Positions 1 through 9,664 of a stretch of 64,000 bases of DNA are shown piece by piece; within the stretch, counting starts at the first letter, position 1; each line of letters starts with the position of its first letter. Below the pieces are notes generated by a model that did no database searches, was not told where the DNA came from, and saw only the letters and a list, made by a program, of their open reading frames with translations. Position numbers and translations under genes: made by a program. Location of the stretch: the NCBI GenBank assembly GCA_013377075.1, contig JACABD010000008.1, positions 9,119 to 73,118 of the forward strand, given 5' to 3'. Origin of the DNA: Geobacteraceae bacterium (GTDB taxonomy: Bacteria > Desulfobacterota > Desulfuromonadia > Geobacterales > DSM-12255).

Positions 1-2
1 AC

Positions 3-890
3 TACCCCTGGGTCAAACTGGTGGTGCTGCCCGTCAATAGCGGCTTCTCAGGTGGCAATAACGAAGGGCTGAAGCATGCCAACGGCGAGTATATTGTTGT
101 TATGAACAATGATGCCGAGGCTGAGCCTGACTGGCTAGAGAGGCTTGTTGCCGCTGCTGACGCCAATCCGGACGCCGGACAGGTTGCCTGCCGCATCTGC
201 TCCATGCATGACCATGATATGATAGACTCACTTGGTCATGGCGTCTGCGCCGATGGTATGACTAGGGGGCGCTATCGTTTGCAGCGTTGGTCAGAGGTGA
301 AGGGGCGGTTCAAGGCGGCCGACGAGATTTTCTTCGGCACAGCCTGTGTTTCACTCTACCGTAGGGTTGCCATTGATCAGGTCGGTTTTTTTGATGACGA
401 CATGTTTGCCTTTGCTGAGGATAGCGATCTTGGGATGAGGCTGCGCTGGGGCGGCTGGCGGGCGGTCATAGCTACTGATGCGGTTGTTTATCACAAGTAT
501 TCAGGCACTGGCGGTGCTTTTTCTCCCTTCAAACTCTATCTGGTTGAGCGTAATCACTACTGGGTGGCAGTAAAAAACTTCCCTTTTCCCATGCTGCTGC
601 TGGTTCCGTTCTACTCGTTTGTTCGCTATCTCGTTCAACTGAAGGTGGTGCTGAACGGGGAGGGTAGCGGTGGAGAGTTTGCTGCCAGCGACTCGAAACT
701 CCCAATTGTCAGGGCTATTGTAAAAGGGACATGGGATGCCCTGCTTGGTTTGCCTCTGATGATCTTAAAGAGAAGGGGAATAATGAAAAATGCCAGGATC
801 AGCTCGAAAGAGATGCAGGCGCTTATGAAGAAATACCGGATGTCATTTTATGAGCTACTGGATGTTCTAAAGGCGGGGTCAGGGCGTTAG
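3..890 (+). CDS. Family-2 glycosyltransferase, 5' end cut by the window edge
   Basis: The frame is open from nt 3 (YPWVKLVVLPVNSGFSGGNNEG...). GT2-like motifs are NSGFSGGNN, YIVVMNNDAE, FFGTACVSLYRR and AEDSDLGMRL. Stop at 888-890. Confidence 0.75.
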   Translation, partial: YPWVKLVVLPVNSGFSGGNNEGLKHANGEYIVVMNNDAEAEPDWLERLVAAADANPDAGQVACRICSMHDHDMIDSLGHGVCADGMTRGRYRLQRWSEVKGRFKAADEIFFGTACVSLYRRVAIDQVGFFDDDMFAFAEDSDLGMRLRWGGWRAVIATDAVVYHKYSGTGGAFSPFKLYLVERNHYWVAVKNFPFPMLLLVPFYSFVRYLVQLKVVLNGEGSGGEFAASDSKLPIVRAIVKGTWDALLGLPLMILKRRGIMKNARISSKEMQALMKKYRMSFYELLDVLKAGSGR

Positions 891-902
891 GTTCAAGGCT
901 CT

Positions 903-1772
903 TCATCTCAGAGCGTCACGCATCGCCTCGCCCATCTTGGTTGGACTTGCAGCAACTGTTACCCCACACTCAGTCAGTATTTTGATTTTGTCTTCAGCTC
1001 TGCCTTTACCCCCGGTTATGATTGCCCCGGCGTGCCCCATTCTTCTTCCTGTCGGGGCTGTTACCCCTGCAATGAAGGCTGCGACAGGTTTCTTCATGTT
1101 GTCCCTTATCCACAGGGCTGCATCCTCTTCAGCGTTTCCTCCAATCTCGCCAATCATGAAAACAGCTTCGGTGTCAGGATCCTTGTTAAAGAGATTGAGG
1201 CAGTCGATAAACTTCATGCCGCTGATCGGGTCTCCGCCAATGCCGACGCAGGTTGACTGCCCCATCCCCATGTCTGATAGCTGCTTAACAGCTTCATATG
1301 TAAGGGTGCCACTCCTCGATACAACCCCTATTTTGCCGGGCTTGTGGATGTAGCCGGGCATGATGCCAACCTTGCATTGGCCCGGTGTTATGACGCCTGG
1401 GCAGTTGGGCCCGACCAGATTCATCTTCTTGGTGTCGAGAATCCTTCTTGCGAGCACCATGTCTCGTACCGGGATCCCTTCTGTAATGCAGATAGCAAGG
1501 ACGATGCCGGCGTCAGCAGACTCCAGAATCGCGTCAGCTGCGGCTGGCGGTGGTACGAATATCATGGAGACGTCCGCTTTGGTGCAGAGAACAGCCTCTT
1601 CAACAGTATTGAAAACCGGAATCCCTTCGATATGGATGCCGCCTTTACCTGGAGTTACTCCTGCAACGATATTGCTCCCGTATTCGCGGCACTGCTGGGT
1701 GTGGAATAGGCCGCTTCTGCCGGTAATCCCCTGGACGAGAATTCTTGAGTTCTTATTGAGAAGTATGGACAT
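903..1772 (-). CDS. sucD: Succinyl-CoA ligase subunit alpha
   Basis: [21 protein letters not shown]..., CoA-ligase motifs SRSGTLTYE and GHAGAII. GGAG lies 8 nt upstream of the second ATG (1772), so that start is preferred over ORF start 1787. Confidence 0.9.
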   Translation of the reverse strand: MSILLNKNSRILVQGITGRSGLFHTQQCREYGSNIVAGVTPGKGGIHIEGIPVFNTVEEAVLCTKADVSMIFVPPPAAADAILESADAGIVLAICITEGIPVRDMVLARRILDTKKMNLVGPNCPGVITPGQCKVGIMPGYIHKPGKIGVVSRSGTLTYEAVKQLSDMGMGQSTCVGIGGDPISGMKFIDCLNLFNKDPDTEAVFMIGEIGGNAEEDAALWIRDNMKKPVAAFIAGVTAPTGRRMGHAGAIITGGKGRAEDKIKILTECGVTVAASPTKMGEAMRDALR

Positions 1773-1835
1773 TGTGAACTCCGTCATAAATCTGTTGAGT
1801 GTTTAGAGGTTGAGGTGCTGGAATGTATTACCCGA

Positions 1836-3008
1836 CTACGCAACAGTTTTTTTCAATAGCATCGCCACGATCTTGCTTGCACCGTCTCCGAGGTTCTCGC
1901 CGATCTGGACATTCAGTCCAGATTCGAGGAGCAGTTTTTTCCCCTCTTCAACTGTGCTGCCATCCATCCTGACAACAATCGGCAGTCTGCATTGAACCTC
2001 TGATGCCGCTTCTATGATCCCCTGGGCAATTACGTCACAACGCATTATTCCTCCGAAAATGTTGACGAAAACGCCCCTGACGTCGCAGTCTTGAAGGATT
2101 ATTTTGAAGGCTTCGGCAACCTTCTCTCTTGTGGAACCTCCGCCTACATCGAGGAAATTGGCTGGTTCAGCACCAAACTCCTTGAGTACATCCAGTGTTG
2201 CCATGGCAAGGCCGGCTCCATTCACCATGCAGCCAACGTTACCGGTCAGTTTTATGTATGAGAGATCATATTTCCCGGCACTTATTTCCAGGGGGTCAAG
2301 CTGGGAGTAGTCGAGCATGTCTGGATACTCACGATGGCGAAACATGGCATTATCGTCAAAATTGATCTTTGCATCCATTGCCATGAGCCAGCCAGCCTTT
2401 GTTTCAACTAGCGGGTTAATTTCGATAAGAAGGCAGTCCTTTTCAAGGGCACATCGGTAAAGGTTCTGAATAAGTTCTACACAGTCCTCACAGACCGTTC
2501 CTGTCAGGCCAAGCGCAATAGCGATTTTGCGAGCCTGAAATGGTTGCAGTCCTGTAAATGGGTCGATGTTGAGAAGATGGATCTTGTCAGGTGAGTTTCT
2601 GGCAACCTCCTCTATGTCTATGCCTCCCTCTGCGGAGGCAATAAGACAGAAACGTGATGATTCGCGGTCAAGGGTTATTGAGAGGTAGAATTCGCGGGCT
2701 ATCTCAACCGCCTCTTCAATGAGGATCCTCCTGACGCGCAAGCCTTCAGGGCCGGTCTGTGGGGTAATAAGCTTTTTCCCAAATAGCTCCTTGCCAAACT
2801 CCTGAGCCTGTTCGGGATGTTGAACCAGCTTTACCCCACCTGCTTTTCCGCGCCCACCAGCATAGATCTGTGCTTTGATTACGCAGTGGCCGCCCATCTC
2901 TTTGGCTGCACGTTCCACTTGATCCGCAGTAAGGGCAACACGGCCTCGTGGTACCGGGATAAAATAGCCGTTAAGTATATCTTTAGCCTGATATTCATGA
3001 ATATTCAT
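1836..3008 (-). CDS. sucC: Succinyl-CoA ligase subunit beta (ATP-grasp)
   Basis: MNIHEYQAKDIL... is the canonical SucC N-terminus, with GGRGKAGGVK. The internal ATG at 3008 is used rather than ORF start 3074. Lies directly upstream of sucD. Confidence 0.9.
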   Translation of the reverse strand: MNIHEYQAKDILNGYFIPVPRGRVALTADQVERAAKEMGGHCVIKAQIYAGGRGKAGGVKLVQHPEQAQEFGKELFGKKLITPQTGPEGLRVRRILIEEAVEIAREFYLSITLDRESSRFCLIASAEGGIDIEEVARNSPDKIHLLNIDPFTGLQPFQARKIAIALGLTGTVCEDCVELIQNLYRCALEKDCLLIEINPLVETKAGWLMAMDAKINFDDNAMFRHREYPDMLDYSQLDPLEISAGKYDLSYIKLTGNVGCMVNGAGLAMATLDVLKEFGAEPANFLDVGGGSTREKVAEAFKIILQDCDVRGVFVNIFGGIMRCDVIAQGIIEAASEVQCRLPIVVRMDGSTVEEGKKLLLESGLNVQIGENLGDGASKIVAMLLKKTVA

Positions 3009-3341
3009 GGGTCGCTCCGGTAAAAGGGTGATGTTGGTGTTGGTAAACTTTAACCGTTTCTGACGGTTTGACAACTACGGCAAGGTGAAAAATAAATAGT
3101 GAAAATGTATTATTTTTAGATAGGACGAATGCTTTGTTTAGGCATAAAGTGTGCACAATAATCATCAAGTAGAAAAGTGGATGTGGTTTTATATGCCCTT
3201 TTATCAAAGGGTTGCACTGATTAAGTAGATTTTGACAGGACGCCAGGCGACAGTTTTGACGCGTTTTAACGTTGGGTCTGCTGTGATTTCGCCGTAAACT
3301 TATTTTCAGGCTGAGAAAAACTATAAATAACAGGAATAAAT

Positions 3342-6300
3342 ATGTCTAACCATGGATGGAGGGTACAAGGTATGAACAGTAACTTTGCAAGATGGAGCGT
3401 GTCACAGATTTTATTGATCGTGATGCTCGTTGCAGCCGGTTCGGCGTTTGCCGCCGGAGATGCGCTGATCCACAACAGTAATAATCTCGGCACCTCAAAA
3501 GGTGTCTGGGGCGTTACTGGTGGGAAGTATGGACAGTTCACTTGTACAACCTGTCACAATAAGAGCACCAACAACGTCAAGCGGGTCGCTGATGTTGTAA
3601 CCGCTCCCCTCGGCAACTGGTCATCAAGCAAGGCGACCACGGTTGCGGTTGTGTTTAATAACATGACCGGTTTCGGCACCGATGCAGGCGGCCATACGAC
3701 ATCAACCAAGATATGTCAGGTCTGCCATACCAAGACTGCCTATCACCGCTACAACACAACAGGTCAAGCCGATCTCACCCACAACAACCAGGCTGACTGT
3801 ACGCAGTGTCACTCCCACGCAAAAGCTTTTGCAGCCTCATGTAACACATGCCACGGTTATCCGCCAAAAAATACGACACCAGGCGCAGACGGACTTGTCG
3901 GTGGGTCAAACCCGCAGACATACGCTCTTGGTGTAACACCTGCTTCTCCTGGTGCGCACGTAAAGCATGATAATGCCAACATGAAGTGTACAACCTGCCA
4001 CTCCGGTTTCCGTAATACAACTGCTCACCAGCGCCCGGCGGCTCAGTGGGGCAAGCTTGAGATGGGCTTTAACGCCAGCAACGCCAACTGGGCACAGTTT
4101 ACAGGGCCAACATGGACTGGCGGTTCTGCTACCGGCTCAAATGCGCTGAATACAGGGTACACATGGGTTGGTAACGGCGGAACAACAGTTCCAACAGCAG
4201 CAACAGCTACTGTTACATGTAGTGTATATTGCCATGGTAACTGGGCAAATTCAGGCGGTGGTGCCAATCCTTCATGGATAAATGGTTCTGCCGAGGCCAC
4301 CTGCGGTGCCTGCCACGGTGCCAGCGCAGCTACACCTCCACCAACCAATGCTCACGCTCGTCACGCACAGACATTAAGTGCCACCACACTCGGACTCTCC
4401 TGCGACAAGTGCCACGGTACACATGCTGACAACAGTCACGTAAACGGTTCGGTAAAGTGGGACGTTTCCGGTTTGGCTACAACATATGCAACAAGTCCGA
4501 AGTATAAGGGTTTCAATAACGTTTCAGGTGTAACAGGTCAGACTAATGCAAACGCACCAAGCGTTACATTCGGTTCCTGCTCCAACGTTTACTGCCACTC
4601 CAATGTTCAGGGTGCTAACGGTACAGGCGCCCCGACCAGCTTTGCAGCAGTTACCTGGAGCAGTGGCTCCGTAGCCTGCGACTCATGTCACTGGGCTACC
4701 GGTGGTGCATTCAAGATGATCAGCTCCGGTTCTCACCGTGCTCACGTGTCACGCGGCTACACATATAACTGTAATACCTGTCACAACGGTGCCGGTTCTG
4801 CAACTGCACTCCACGCAGACGGCAAGGTTCAGGTATCAATGGCATCAGGTACGTATTCACAGGCCGGTAAAAACGCTGGTGCTGCTGCATTCGGTAGCTG
4901 CGCAACTGTTTCCTGCCATGCCAGCACAACCCCGACTTGGGGCAGCACTCTTGCCGCAAACTGCCTTGGCTGCCATGGCGATAAAACCTCAGCAACTCTT
5001 TCAGGTGCACACAACAAGCATATGAATGATGCAACATTTGGCGGCAGCTTTAACTGTATTGACTGCCACGGAAGTGTTGTGTCTAGTAATACAGTTCTTT
5101 CAAACAAAGCTCTCCACACAAACGGTCTTATCAACTACTCCGGTGCTCTTTCCGGTAAGTATGCTGGCGTATCACCGGTAACATGTGCCACCCAGTACTG
5201 CCACAGTAACGGTAAAGGTACAGCCGCAGCTCCGCCAGCCTGGACCGGTTCTTTCACTGCTGGTACTACATGCTACAAGTGTCACGGTACATCCGGCACA
5301 ACCGGCGCGCCTGACAACAGTACACCGAACAGCCACCCGAAGCATGCTCCTCTTGCAACAGACTGCTGGAAGTGTCACTTCAAAACAGCAAGTAAGACAG
5401 CCGGTCAGCTTGCAACCGGCACAGTCGATCACCTTGATAAAAATATCGATGCACGTCTGGCCGTACCGTTTGTCGGACTTACAAACTACTCAGGTAGCTA
5501 CAGCAGCGCTGCTAAAACCTGTTCGGCAACATACTGCCACGGCGGTACCAACCCTGCAGCAACACCGGCATGGGGCACAGCAGCAAGCACTAACTGCAAC
5601 AGCTGTCACGTAACCAAGCCAACTGGCCTGTCAGCAGGTCACGCTTTCCACGTGATGTCTACTTCTACAAATTACAACTACACCCAGTCAGCAGCCAACA
5701 ACAGCACCGCCGCCGCATATAGCTTCAACTGCGCTGCCTGCCACGGCAATACCGCTGCAAAACACCTCAATGGTCCTGAATTTAATGGTGCTGATGCAAC
5801 AATTCAGTTCCTCTACTCATCTGCTGGTCGCGGTGCAGCTGCAAGCACTACTTACAATGCAAGTCGTGCAAATGCTGGAACTGATGCCCGCGGCTTCAAG
5901 TATGCAGTCGGTGCAAACGCAGCATGTAACAATACCTACTGCCACAGTAACGGTAAGTCAACTCTTGGAAACGGAATAAGTGCATCACTTAACTGGGGTT
6001 CAGCTACAACAGGTAACTGTACAGCTTGCCACGACAACGATAAGGTCAGTACAACTCTTTCAGGCGTACACGATAACCACCTCAATAAAGCTGCTACCGG
6101 TGGCGCATTCAAGTGTAAGGACTGCCACGCACAGACAATCAGCAATGCAGACAACCGCACTCTTACTGATAAGTCCAAGCACGTAAACAAAATTATTAAC
6201 TACTCCGGTGCTCTTGCCGGCAAGAATAAAAACTGCTCCAACATCTACTGCCACAGTAACGGTAGGGGCACTTATGCAAATCCTGTCGGTGGCTGGACAG

Positions 6301-8699
6301 GTGCAGTCATTGGTTGCAACGGTTGCCACGGAACTTCAGGCTCAACAGGTGCACCTGACAACGTAGTAAATGACAGTCACGCAAAGCATGCACCTACCTC
6401 AGCTCAGTGTTTCCGTTGCCACTTCAAGACTGCCAGTACAACTGTCGGACAACTTGTAACCGGTACGATTGATCACCTCGACGGCAACATCGATGCAAGG
6501 CTGACAAAGGTTAGTTCATTCACTACCTTCTCTGGTGTTCTCAATGCTAACAAGACTTGTTCAGCAACTTACTGCCATGGTGGCAGCGTAACAACACCGA
6601 TCTGGGGAACCGCAGGTAGTACGAACTGCAATAGTTGCCACGCAAGCAAGCCTAACGGCTTGTCAGCGGGCCACGCATTTCACATTATTTCAACTGCTAC
6701 CAACTACAACTATGGCAATGTAGCTGCTAACAACAGCACTTCAGCAGCATATAACTTCAACTGTGCCGTCTGCCACGGCAACACTTTATCACTACATGCC
6801 GATGGCCCAAGGGCAAGCGGGTCTGATGCAACAATCCAGTTCATGTACTCATCTGCAGGTCGCGGCCTGACACCAACAAATACCTGGAATACACCACGTA
6901 CAGGCACATCAGCTCCTGACAGCCGTGGCTTTAACTTCATGGTTGGTGCAAATGCAACATGTAATGCAACCTACTGCCACAGTAACGGTAAATCAGCTCT
7001 TGGCAACGGTATAAGCGCAACCCTTACTTGGAGTTCGGCAACAACCGGTACATGTACTGCATGCCACGGTAATGCCTCTTCAGCTAACGGTGTACTCTCT
7101 GGAGCACACTTCAGGCACTTCAGTACAACCAGCTTCAAGACAACATCAACACGCATAGGTTGTAAGGATTGCCACGCACAAACAGTTTCAGGTACTAACC
7201 TGACAATTACGAACAAGGCAAACCACGTTAACAAGCTTATCAACTACTCTGGTGGAATGGCCGGTAAGAACAAAACCTGTAACAACATCTACTGCCACAG
7301 TAATGGTAAGGGTGTATACAGCAACACAACATGGGCAACAACCAACGGGACAGGATGTAACTTCTGTCACGGCAGTGCTTCTGCACCGCTCACCTCTACT
7401 TACGCTCATACAAAACACCTTGCAACTGCTGGAATTAATTGCTCATCATGTCACAGTGCTACCACAACCACAAATTCGACTATTACAGGAACCAAGCATA
7501 TTGATGGTACAGTCGATCTTCAGCAAGGCGGGACATTCCTCTCCAGATCGGTTTCCTTCTCTTATGCCGGTGGTGGTACATGTAACAACATTAACTGTCA
7601 CGCTGTTCTTGGTGCTGGTGCAAGCAGTGCTACCTGGGGTGTAAGGGCTTCATGCGATACCTGCCATCCGAAAGCAAATCTTTCCGGTGCACACAAAACT
7701 CACATGGGTGCTCTTGATCTCACCAGTGCTTCAATTATGTACAATATGACAGCAAACCGCTCTGATCAGCTTGTCAGCGCTACCCAGCACGGTTTCGGTT
7801 GTGCAAACTGTCACCCGATGACTACTGCAAGCCACCTCAACGGCACAGTAGATGTTGATCTTAACAGGGTTAATGTTGCTGGTGTAAGCAAGCTGCGTTT
7901 CCTTAACCACTCAACAGCAGGCTATGTAGGCGGCAAATGCTCCAACATGTACTGCCACAGTAATGCTTCCAGAATAGAAGCAGAATCCAACGTCAAGTCT
8001 AACACTTCTCTTGCCTGGACTGACAAGTTTGCTAACTACACAGGCGCTTCAGCTGGCGTTAACAGAAAAGACAGGTGCGCACAGTGTCACCTCAACCAGC
8101 CGACAACAGGTGCTCACGCTGCTCACGCTGTCGGTAATCACTCCGATAACATCTATAATGGCAAGTCTGGAAAGATTGCAATCAGCAGCAGAGCAAACAC
8201 CGCCCACGGTAATGCAAACAACTCTACAACCATCGGCTGCTACATTTGCCATAATGGTGTTGTAACCTCAGCTGCTAACGATAAAAATACCAAATGCGTT
8301 GGCTGTCATACAATTGGCAACGCCTATGGCGCAAAACTGAAAGGTGACGCTACTATCGCCAACATCGCTCTCCACGTTAACGGTACAGGTGATATTCAGT
8401 TCGCTCAAATCAATATAAGAAGTAAAGCACAGATCAGACCTAAGCTTGCTTCCAATGCTAATAAAAACGGTTTTGACTTCTACTCAGGTGTATGGCAGCG
8501 GACTTCTTACAAGAATATGTCTACTCTCTCATACGACATATCCAAAGTAAGACTTGATCAGGCAACTACCTACACATACAGTACTCCGATGAACAGTTCT
8601 TGTAGTAACGTTGTCTGTCACAATGGCAAGTCACCTACATGGAACATGGCAGACTGGAATGATCCTAACAAGTGTATGGACTGCCACAACGCACTTTAA
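3342..8699 (+). CDS. Giant secreted multihaem c-type cytochrome (CX4CH...CXXCH repeat family), 1785 aa
   Basis: Signal peptide ...LLIVMLVAAGSAFA/AG. By eye I count 31 CXXCH, 12 CX4CH and 1 CX3CH, with no Cys seen outside these motifs. GGAGGG lies 8 nt upstream of the alternative ATG 3372, so the start is uncertain by 30 nt. Followed by a hairpin terminator. Confidence 0.9.
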   Translation: MSNHGWRVQGMNSNFARWSVSQILLIVMLVAAGSAFAAGDALIHNSNNLGTSKGVWGVTGGKYGQFTCTTCHNKSTNNVKRVADVVTAPLGNWSSSKATTVAVVFNNMTGFGTDAGGHTTSTKICQVCHTKTAYHRYNTTGQADLTHNNQADCTQCHSHAKAFAASCNTCHGYPPKNTTPGADGLVGGSNPQTYALGVTPASPGAHVKHDNANMKCTTCHSGFRNTTAHQRPAAQWGKLEMGFNASNANWAQFTGPTWTGGSATGSNALNTGYTWVGNGGTTVPTAATATVTCSVYCHGNWANSGGGANPSWINGSAEATCGACHGASAATPPPTNAHARHAQTLSATTLGLSCDKCHGTHADNSHVNGSVKWDVSGLATTYATSPKYKGFNNVSGVTGQTNANAPSVTFGSCSNVYCHSNVQGANGTGAPTSFAAVTWSSGSVACDSCHWATGGAFKMISSGSHRAHVSRGYTYNCNTCHNGAGSATALHADGKVQVSMASGTYSQAGKNAGAAAFGSCATVSCHASTTPTWGSTLAANCLGCHGDKTSATLSGAHNKHMNDATFGGSFNCIDCHGSVVSSNTVLSNKALHTNGLINYSGALSGKYAGVSPVTCATQYCHSNGKGTAAAPPAWTGSFTAGTTCYKCHGTSGTTGAPDNSTPNSHPKHAPLATDCWKCHFKTASKTAGQLATGTVDHLDKNIDARLAVPFVGLTNYSGSYSSAAKTCSATYCHGGTNPAATPAWGTAASTNCNSCHVTKPTGLSAGHAFHVMSTSTNYNYTQSAANNSTAAAYSFNCAACHGNTAAKHLNGPEFNGADATIQFLYSSAGRGAAASTTYNASRANAGTDARGFKYAVGANAACNNTYCHSNGKSTLGNGISASLNWGSATTGNCTACHDNDKVSTTLSGVHDNHLNKAATGGAFKCKDCHAQTISNADNRTLTDKSKHVNKIINYSGALAGKNKNCSNIYCHSNGRGTYANPVGGWTGAVIGCNGCHGTSGSTGAPDNVVNDSHAKHAPTSAQCFRCHFKTASTTVGQLVTGTIDHLDGNIDARLTKVSSFTTFSGVLNANKTCSATYCHGGSVTTPIWGTAGSTNCNSCHASKPNGLSAGHAFHIISTATNYNYGNVAANNSTSAAYNFNCAVCHGNTLSLHADGPRASGSDATIQFMYSSAGRGLTPTNTWNTPRTGTSAPDSRGFNFMVGANATCNATYCHSNGKSALGNGISATLTWSSATTGTCTACHGNASSANGVLSGAHFRHFSTTSFKTTSTRIGCKDCHAQTVSGTNLTITNKANHVNKLINYSGGMAGKNKTCNNIYCHSNGKGVYSNTTWATTNGTGCNFCHGSASAPLTSTYAHTKHLATAGINCSSCHSATTTTNSTITGTKHIDGTVDLQQGGTFLSRSVSFSYAGGGTCNNINCHAVLGAGASSATWGVRASCDTCHPKANLSGAHKTHMGALDLTSASIMYNMTANRSDQLVSATQHGFGCANCHPMTTASHLNGTVDVDLNRVNVAGVSKLRFLNHSTAGYVGGKCSNMYCHSNASRIEAESNVKSNTSLAWTDKFANYTGASAGVNRKDRCAQCHLNQPTTGAHAAHAVGNHSDNIYNGKSGKIAISSRANTAHGNANNSTTIGCYICHNGVVTSAANDKNTKCVGCHTIGNAYGAKLKGDATIANIALHVNGTGDIQFAQINIRSKAQIRPKLASNANKNGFDFYSGVWQRTSYKNMSTLSYDISKVRLDQATTYTYSTPMNSSCSNVVCHNGKSPTWNMADWNDPNKCMDCHNAL
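4962..7370 (+). repeat. In-frame tandem repeat inside the cytochrome gene, about 1.04-1.06 kb unit, about 2.3 copies
   Basis: Unit starts are at Cys codons 4962 (CLGCHGDKTSATLSGAHNKH), 6018 (CTACHDNDKVSTTLSGVHDNH) and 7053 (CTACHGNASSANGVLSGAHFRH). The near-identical DNA word tactgccacagtaa(c/t)ggtaa recurs at 5197, 5938, 6247, 6972 and 7291. Confidence 0.85.
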
Positions 8700-8742
8700 T
8701 AGTTTAACTTTATAGACGGATAGCTTAACATCCGCGAATCTG

Positions 8743-8778
8743 CCCCCCTGACCGATAGAGTCAGGGGGGTTCTTTTTT
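8743..8778 (+). terminator. Rho-independent terminator after the giant cytochrome
   Basis: 9-bp GC stem CCCCCCTGA (8743-8751) / TCAGGGGGG (8761-8769), 9-nt loop, then TTCTTTTTTGT. Confidence 0.85.
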
Positions 8779-8843
8779 GTGATATTGCCGATAGTGAAAA
8801 CATATGTATAATGCGAAATCTCAAAACTTCAGGAGGAATAAAT

Positions 8844-9380
8844 ATGGCAGAAGAAATGAAGGAGCCATGGCTTAACTATCTAGCGCTCACAACAGTCATA
8901 CTTGCAGTCTGTGCAACACTTTCTACGTTTAAGGGGGGTGGCTACTCGACACGTTCAGTTATGAGTCAGACCCAGGCATCAGATCAATGGGCCTTTTTCC
9001 AGTCAAAGAGTATCAAGAGTTATATTTATGAGATGCAAAAGGATAAGTTGGAGCTTGAGCTGAAGGCTGCAGGACCAAAAGTATCAGCTGAGCTATCCGG
9101 GGAGTATGTTAAGCGGATTGATGAATATGGTAAAAAAATTGTCAAATATGACAAGGAAAAAACCGAGATTCAGGCTGAAGCTAAAAAATTTGAAGAGATA
9201 AGAAATGATGCACAGCGTCATTCCCAGATTTTTGGTGTTGCGGTGATCTATCTGCAAATTGCCATTCTGCTTTCATCAATTGCGGCACTAATGAAGAAAA
9301 AAGTGCTCTGGGTAATGGGTGTTGCCATTGGTGCAGTCGGTATAGTTTATTTTGCCAATGGGTTCTTCTTATTTATGTAA
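8844..9380 (+). CDS. DUF4337-like membrane protein (coiled-coil flanked by N- and C-terminal TM segments)
   Basis: MAEEMKEPWLNYLALTTVILAVCATLSTFKGG...QASDQWAFFQSKSIK... resembles the DUF4337 family. AGGAGG lies 7 nt upstream of ATG 8844. Confidence 0.55.
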   Translation: MAEEMKEPWLNYLALTTVILAVCATLSTFKGGGYSTRSVMSQTQASDQWAFFQSKSIKSYIYEMQKDKLELELKAAGPKVSAELSGEYVKRIDEYGKKIVKYDKEKTEIQAEAKKFEEIRNDAQRHSQIFGVAVIYLQIAILLSSIAALMKKKVLWVMGVAIGAVGIVYFANGFFLFM

Positions 9381-9402
9381 ATTATTCGGAAATAAGGATT
9401 TC

Positions 9403-9442
9403 AATCCCCTCAAGCTTAATTGTTTGAGGGGATTTTTTATTT
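9403..9442 (+). terminator. Rho-independent terminator
   Basis: Stem AATCCCCTCAA (9403-9413) / TTGAGGGGATT (9424-9434) followed by TTTTATTT. Confidence 0.8.
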
Positions 9443-9650
9443 CGAGCGAGCGGTAAATGCATGCACTATGTAAGGCAGACAATAAACTTCTTAATATGCT
9501 GGGCAAGCAAAAACAAATAACTTTTTGGGCAAAAAGAAGCATATGTAAAATAAAATTCATGTAGTCAGTAGTAAGCAGAAATATTTCTGCAATGATTAAG
9601 CTAGTTGCCGGGGATGTATCACTTAAGGCATCTGTGAATTATTGCTTTTC

Positions 9651-9664
9651 TTGACTTGCGTCAT
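9651..9664 (+). promoter_or_regulatory. FNR/CRP-family-like box TTGAC-N4-GTCAT upstream of the nar cluster
   Basis: TTGACTTGCGTCAT matches 9 of 10 positions of a TTGAC-N4-GTCAA palindrome. It lies 124 nt upstream of the narC-like ATG. A CAAAAT -10-like hexamer at 9682-9687 has class II-type spacing. Confidence 0.35.

Noticed and set aside
3009-3341. c-di-GMP/cGAMP (GEMM-I) riboswitch upstream of the giant cytochrome, as seen for several Geobacter cytochrome genes
   Set aside because: I looked for the conserved ACGCAAAGC core and GNRA/receptor arrangement and did not find them. The region reads as an AT-rich divergent promoter only.
3682-8265. Many 60-140-aa alternative-frame ORFs inside the giant cytochrome gene (for example 5185-5613 and 7252-7644)
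   Set aside because: They are by-products of the repetitive, stop-poor Thr/Ala/Gly codon composition. The main frame carries all 44 haem motifs.
3342-8699. High density of N-x-S/T sequons in the cytochrome as evidence for N-glycosylation, given a GT2 gene at the window start
   Set aside because: This density is expected by chance in an Asn/Ser/Thr-rich protein. The GT2 gene is distant, on the other side of sucCD, and nothing links them.
9369-9560. 63-aa minus-strand ORF in the nar upstream region
   Set aside because: It overlaps a terminator and AT-rich promoter DNA, has no SD, and its translation is hydrophobic and low-complexity.
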